This document shows, piece after piece, positions 56,701 to 64,000 of a stretch of DNA of 64,000 nucleotides. Made by a program: the position numbers and the translations under genes. Each line of letters starts with the position of its first letter. The stretch's first letter is position 1. The stretch is from assembly GCA_009914755.4 (NCBI GenBank), contig CP086569.2, positions 5,888,001 to 5,952,000 on the forward strand, in the 5' to 3' direction. This stretch comes from the human T2T-CHM13v2.0 reference genome, Homo sapiens. The notes below the pieces were generated by a model. That model saw nothing but the letters and a program-made list of their open reading frames with translations. It ran no database searches and had not been told where the DNA came from.

Positions 56701-58662
56701 GATATTTAAAAAGATGACATGTTATAACAGGGGGACTCTAAACATGAGAATTATCACTGGCTCACTGAGACCTCTGATCTGCAGGCATATGATTGACGAC
56801 GCCTTTCTAATTCCAATAGCATGGGCCTGCAGCAAATTTTATTTTACTGCAAGGTCTACTTTATTGAATTCACTGCCTGTCCTAATTCTATATATTTTTG
56901 ATTAGTGGACCTTCAAAACTGATGTTAGTAAAAGGAAATTGTTTTCTGACATGCTAACATTTTAAAGCTAATCATTTTTTTTTAAATAAGCAGTTGAGTT
57001 TGCAGCATTCTGCTCCTGTTATGTTTTATTAGTGTTTGTACTTTAATTTGGTATGTTTGTTTTGGCATCACTCCAGCAGTAGGTCCAATTATAAAAATAG
57101 AAACAATTAGATTCACTGTGGTGACTGATATAAGCATTCCAAGCTTAGCTTTTAAAACAAAATGGTAGACTTGGCTCTTTCCAGAGTCCTGCAAATAAAA
57201 TGTATTGATTCTGTAGGGTTTTCTCTACTGTAGCTTTTTGAAATTTTGTCCCCACTCTTCACATGTCCAAATCCACAATCCCCTAAACAGCTTTTATTGA
57301 AAACCACAACCTCATCTCCTCCTTTTTTGAAGCAATTAAGTCCATCTAACTGGAGAGCCCAAGTACAGTTTATTTTCCTCTTTAAAATCTCTCTCCAGTG
57401 CTTTCTACACTATTGTCAAGTAATAGGGCCTTAATAAATCTTTATTAAATGACAGGTTGAATGAACTTGTCCTCTCTTCTCTTTTCTCTGACTTGCAGTA
57501 AAAGAAATTTCATTTTTCCAAGACTAACCTTTGTCAGTGATGTAGAATTTATCTGATTCTTTCCACTCAGGCCTTCTTCAAGACCTTGATTCATCATGTA
57601 TTTCTTCTAAGTCTAACTGTCTTTGGTATTCATTTCTTCATTGGCCACTGTGTGGCTTCCTAATAACACAGACAAATTTCTCAGTTTTGTGAAAGGCCTA
57701 AAGGGAATGGTGATTTGGACAAGGTATCTGCATTGGAATACTAGTTTGGTAGGCAATATGCTGTTGCTTTATATCTGTGTGGTGGAAATAAAACCATACA
57801 CTTGTGTGCTTTCCATATCTGAGTTTTATCTTAAAATAAAAAGGCAAAAATAAAAACAAGCAAAAAAAGAAACACATCGAGGACAAGAGGTTCCTTAAGG
57901 CTGATACAACTTAACATAGAGACCAGACCTGAAGAATCTCTTAGAAGAAAACAACAGGCCTCAGAAGTGACTTCAACCTTACTTGATTCGCAAACATAAG
58001 CAAAACTTAACTTCAGCTCTTTCTTGTAAATGTTTATATCTAAAAAAAAGAATGTAAACTCAACCAATTAGAAGCAGTTAACAAACTTATATGATTAGGA
58101 CTTCCCGATGGGACTGATCAAATGAGGCAACTGTGTAATTGTAACCAATCAAATACCATCTGCTTTAGTTCTGTGTGTGTTTTATAAAATTCTCCCCATT
58201 GTTTTCCCTTGATGGAGCTCCTGAATGGCTTCTACTTTGGAGCTGCACAATTCATGGAATATTTCTTGCTCAAACTCTTTAAAAATGTGCCTCAGTTTAC
58301 CTTTTAAGATTAGAAATGTAAGGCATTGGCTTCACAAGGTGAACAATTTCTAAAGGCTAAATAGTAACTCCTCTTCTAAGTCAAGCAATTTTCAATGCTT
58401 GTTTCAACAAAATTGAATGACTTGCAGTTGTCATGTATATAGTTTTCGGTATTTAATACATGAAGAATTCAAAGAATTGAGTGAAATTGCTTTAAAAATT
58501 CATTCTTCCATTCCTATATACATATTCACGGGAACAAAGTCTCTTTTTGACACTTCCATCCATAGAGAGAAAAAAGTAAAAATTGAATTAATAATGAATG
58601 CTGTCTCACTCTGGCATTTAGCAATAGTTTTCTAGTCTACAAGAGAGAATGAGAGTAAATGA

Positions 58663-59028
<366 letters not shown>

Positions 59029-60308
59029 GAAATGTATTTTAATCAATATTAACATTGTATGTTTAACAAGTATTTTCCAAAAAAATTTAACATACTCTTT
59101 TCAATGAATTGTATGCTCTATTAATTGAAACCTGCAAGTATGTTTTTCAAAACAATAAGGGTAGTTTTTTTTTTATTGTTGCATTTCACATGGTTTTTTT
59201 TGCGTCCTTCTTTGTACTTTTTGTATTTTCAAATCTTACAGTAGGCTCATTTTTCACTGAATAAAGCAATAAGCTATTAAAGTTATTAAAAAATACTTTC
59301 CCTTGAAAACACCTCCCTAAAGCTATTAATCTTTTTTCTTGTTTGCTTATCTCCTTTTCATCATTATTCACTCATTTCATTTTCCAAAAGAATCCTGCCC
59401 CTACTACTCCACTGAAAATATACTCTTCAAGGTCAACCTTACCATTACAAAATCTTCTGTCTTTACTTTCTTTGACAGCTCTCCACAACATTCAGTATAG
59501 TCAACTTGACTGAGCCTTGCAAAATGTGTCCCTTGGCTATTCACTCCCTTGTTTTCTTTCCCTTTCTGCTCGCATCTTTGATTGGCTTTATTATGTCATC
59601 TGCTAGTTGTAAAATGTAAACCCAAGCCTAAATATTTAGGATACCACTAGCTATGTGTCTCCAGGTCAGTATGTCATGGTTGAATGACTTTCCAGCCTGC
59701 GTTCACCATTCAGAGTGTTCCCTGACCTTCAGTCATAGTTCTGTAACTTCCATTTTCAATGGAATATCTTGACACCACCTTAAACTCAACATGTCTAAAA
59801 CCACATCTGTTGCTCCAAGTCAGTTTTCCCTCTAGACCATACTTGTTCTGCCACAAAACTAGATCACAACTTCCTTGCTTTTGCAATAGCCTTTGGGAAA
59901 ATACAAGAAAAAGTCACAAAGTGATCTTAAGCTACAGTACTAAGATGAAAACAGAACACACAGAAAGTCTGAATACAAGATTATTTATTTTTCGATCTGA
60001 TTTCATAGAAGAAATTAGACCAATATATTATTATGTTAGTTTAAGCATGGCCATAAAAGTAAATTTGGCTTCAAATTTGGAGTCAGTCAGTCTCTAGAGA
60101 GAAATGTGTTCATTACCAGGATTAGCAGCATTTTATCCTCCAAGTCATTTGGGTCACAAATCATGGGGAGGTACAATTCTCTGTTTTATAAACCTCATAT
60201 TCAGTCTTTTGCCTACTCTTTCAAGTATTTTTGAATGCCTTTTGCTGTTTGTTACGTTTGCACTTCCACGAAATACCTAATTCAGGACATGTTCACTTAC
60301 ATTAAGAT

Positions 60309-64000
<3,692 letters not shown>

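Noticed and set aside
57840-58300. Possible solo ERV LTR (taaccaatcaaataccatctgcttt..., cccttgatggagctcc..., aataaaa)
   Set aside because: CCAAT/poly-A-signal-like motifs alone are insufficient. I could not match the termini or find TSDs.

Overview
This window is primate (human-like) nuclear genomic DNA, not a prokaryotic locus. It is AT-rich and densely packed with interspersed repeats. There are at least 15 Alu copies with A-tails and target-site duplications, several L1 copies from young L1PA to old L1M, MaLR/THE1-type LTR elements, and a gammaretrovirus-like ERV pol remnant. The six-frame ORF track is therefore dominated by repeat-encoded fragments (L1 ORF1/ORF2, ERV pol, Alu read-through) and GC-rich frame artefacts. 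No CRISPR array, tRNA, rRNA or defence-system operon is present. Two items are of interest. (1) A GC-rich CpG-island block (~35.9-40.1 kb) carries an intron-containing TSPY-family pseudogene whose five exons closely match TSPY1. It has a GAG->TAG nonsense at codon 13, a 1-bp deletion in exon 3 and a damaged exon-4 donor. About 1 kb upstream sits an inverted partial copy of its exon 1. The whole block is bracketed by two ~1.5-kb direct repeats 10.2 kb apart. (2) Two tandem sets of degenerate trypsin-like serine-protease exons (~27.4-28.2 kb and ~30.1-33.0 kb) have lost catalytic residues and contain in-frame stops, so they are pseudogene remnants. The TSPY introns rule out a TSPYL retrogene and point to a Y-linked (or Y-derived) TSPY pseudogene locus, but the exact paralogue and chromosome cannot be assigned without a database search.
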